Below are positions 63,345-64,000 of a stretch of DNA of 64,000 bases, piece after piece. Position numbers and translations under genes: made by a program. The stretch is from Raja brachyura (lineage: Eukaryota), in assembly GCA_963514005.1 (NCBI GenBank), contig OY740788.1, forward strand, positions 88,164,001-88,228,000, given 5' to 3'. The first letter of the stretch is position 1. Every line of letters begins with the position of its first letter. The notes beneath the pieces were generated by a model, which saw only the letters and a list, made by a program, of their open reading frames with translations, was not told the DNA's origin and searched no databases.

Positions 63345-64000
63345 ATAGACAATAGGTGCAGGAGTAGGCCATTCGGCCCTTCGAGCCTGCATCGCCATTC
63401 AATGTGATCATGGCTGATCGTCCCCAATCAGTACCCCGTTCCTGCCTTTTCCCCATATCCCCTGACTCTGCTATTTTTAAGAGCCCTATCTAGCTCTCTC
63501 TTGAAAGCATCCAAAGACCTTCTTCCACCACCCTCTGAGGCAGAGAATTCCACAGACTCACCACTCTCTGTGAGAAAAAATGTTTCCTTGTCTCCGTTCT
63601 AAATGGCTTACTCCTTATTCTTAAACTGTGGCACCTGGTTCTGGATTCCCCCAACATCGGAACATGTTTCCTGCCTCTAACGTGTCCAAGCCCTTAATAA
63701 TCTTATATGTTTCAATGAGATCCCCTTCCAAATCCTTATAAACTCCAGAGTGTACATGCCCAGCCGCTCCATTCTCTCAGCATTTGACAGTCCCGCCATC
63801 CCGGAAATTAACCTTGTAAACCTACGCTGCACTCCCTCAATAGCAAGAATGTCCTTCCTCAAATTAGTGGACCAAAACTGCACACAATACTCCAGGTGTG
63901 GTCTCACTAGGGCCCTGTACAACTGCAGAAGGACATCTTTGCTCCTATATTAGATTTCTTTTGTTATAAAGGCGAACATGCCATTCGCTTTCTTCACTGC
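63345..64000 (-). mobile_element. CR1 LINE 3' part, runs off the window
   Basis: ORF 63677..63922 ([12 protein letters not shown]). Confidence 0.9.

Noticed and set aside
63088-63345. Harbinger-like MITE starting AAAGGGCCTTGTCCCACT
   Set aside because: Only one putative terminus is visible before a CR1 insertion; TIR and TSD cannot be verified in this window.

Overview
Vertebrate genomic DNA, most likely a cartilaginous fish (skate/ray-like; inferred from HE1-type V-SINEs and dense chondrichthyan-style CR1 LINEs). 0.5-12.1 kb holds coding exons 2-6 of a nicotinic acetylcholine receptor alpha subunit best matching CHRNA2. Downstream on the same strand is a cluster of four Ig V-set exons in which the V and a J-like segment (F/R-G-x-G-T-Q-L-x-V-T) are already joined in the germline, with no RSS. 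I can reconstruct one whole gene model: leader (16485) - V1 - pseudo-V2 - uncharged TM - two cytoplasmic exons with YENI and YCSV tyrosine motifs. Two further intact, phase-compatible VJ exons (V3 at 52843, V4 at 59006) probably start a second, multi-V-domain paralog. This looks like a non-rearranging, antigen-receptor-like immune receptor family undergoing birth-and-death evolution, and is the main candidate novel system; I cannot confirm novelty without a database search. The rest is nested transposons: CR1, Rex1/Babar, another APE-type LINE, two DIRS tyrosine-recombinase elements, ERV pol/env remnants, a long-TIR foldback-like element, and hairpin repeats with hammerhead-ribozyme-like cores. 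Exon coordinates were read base by base; TE boundaries are approximate.
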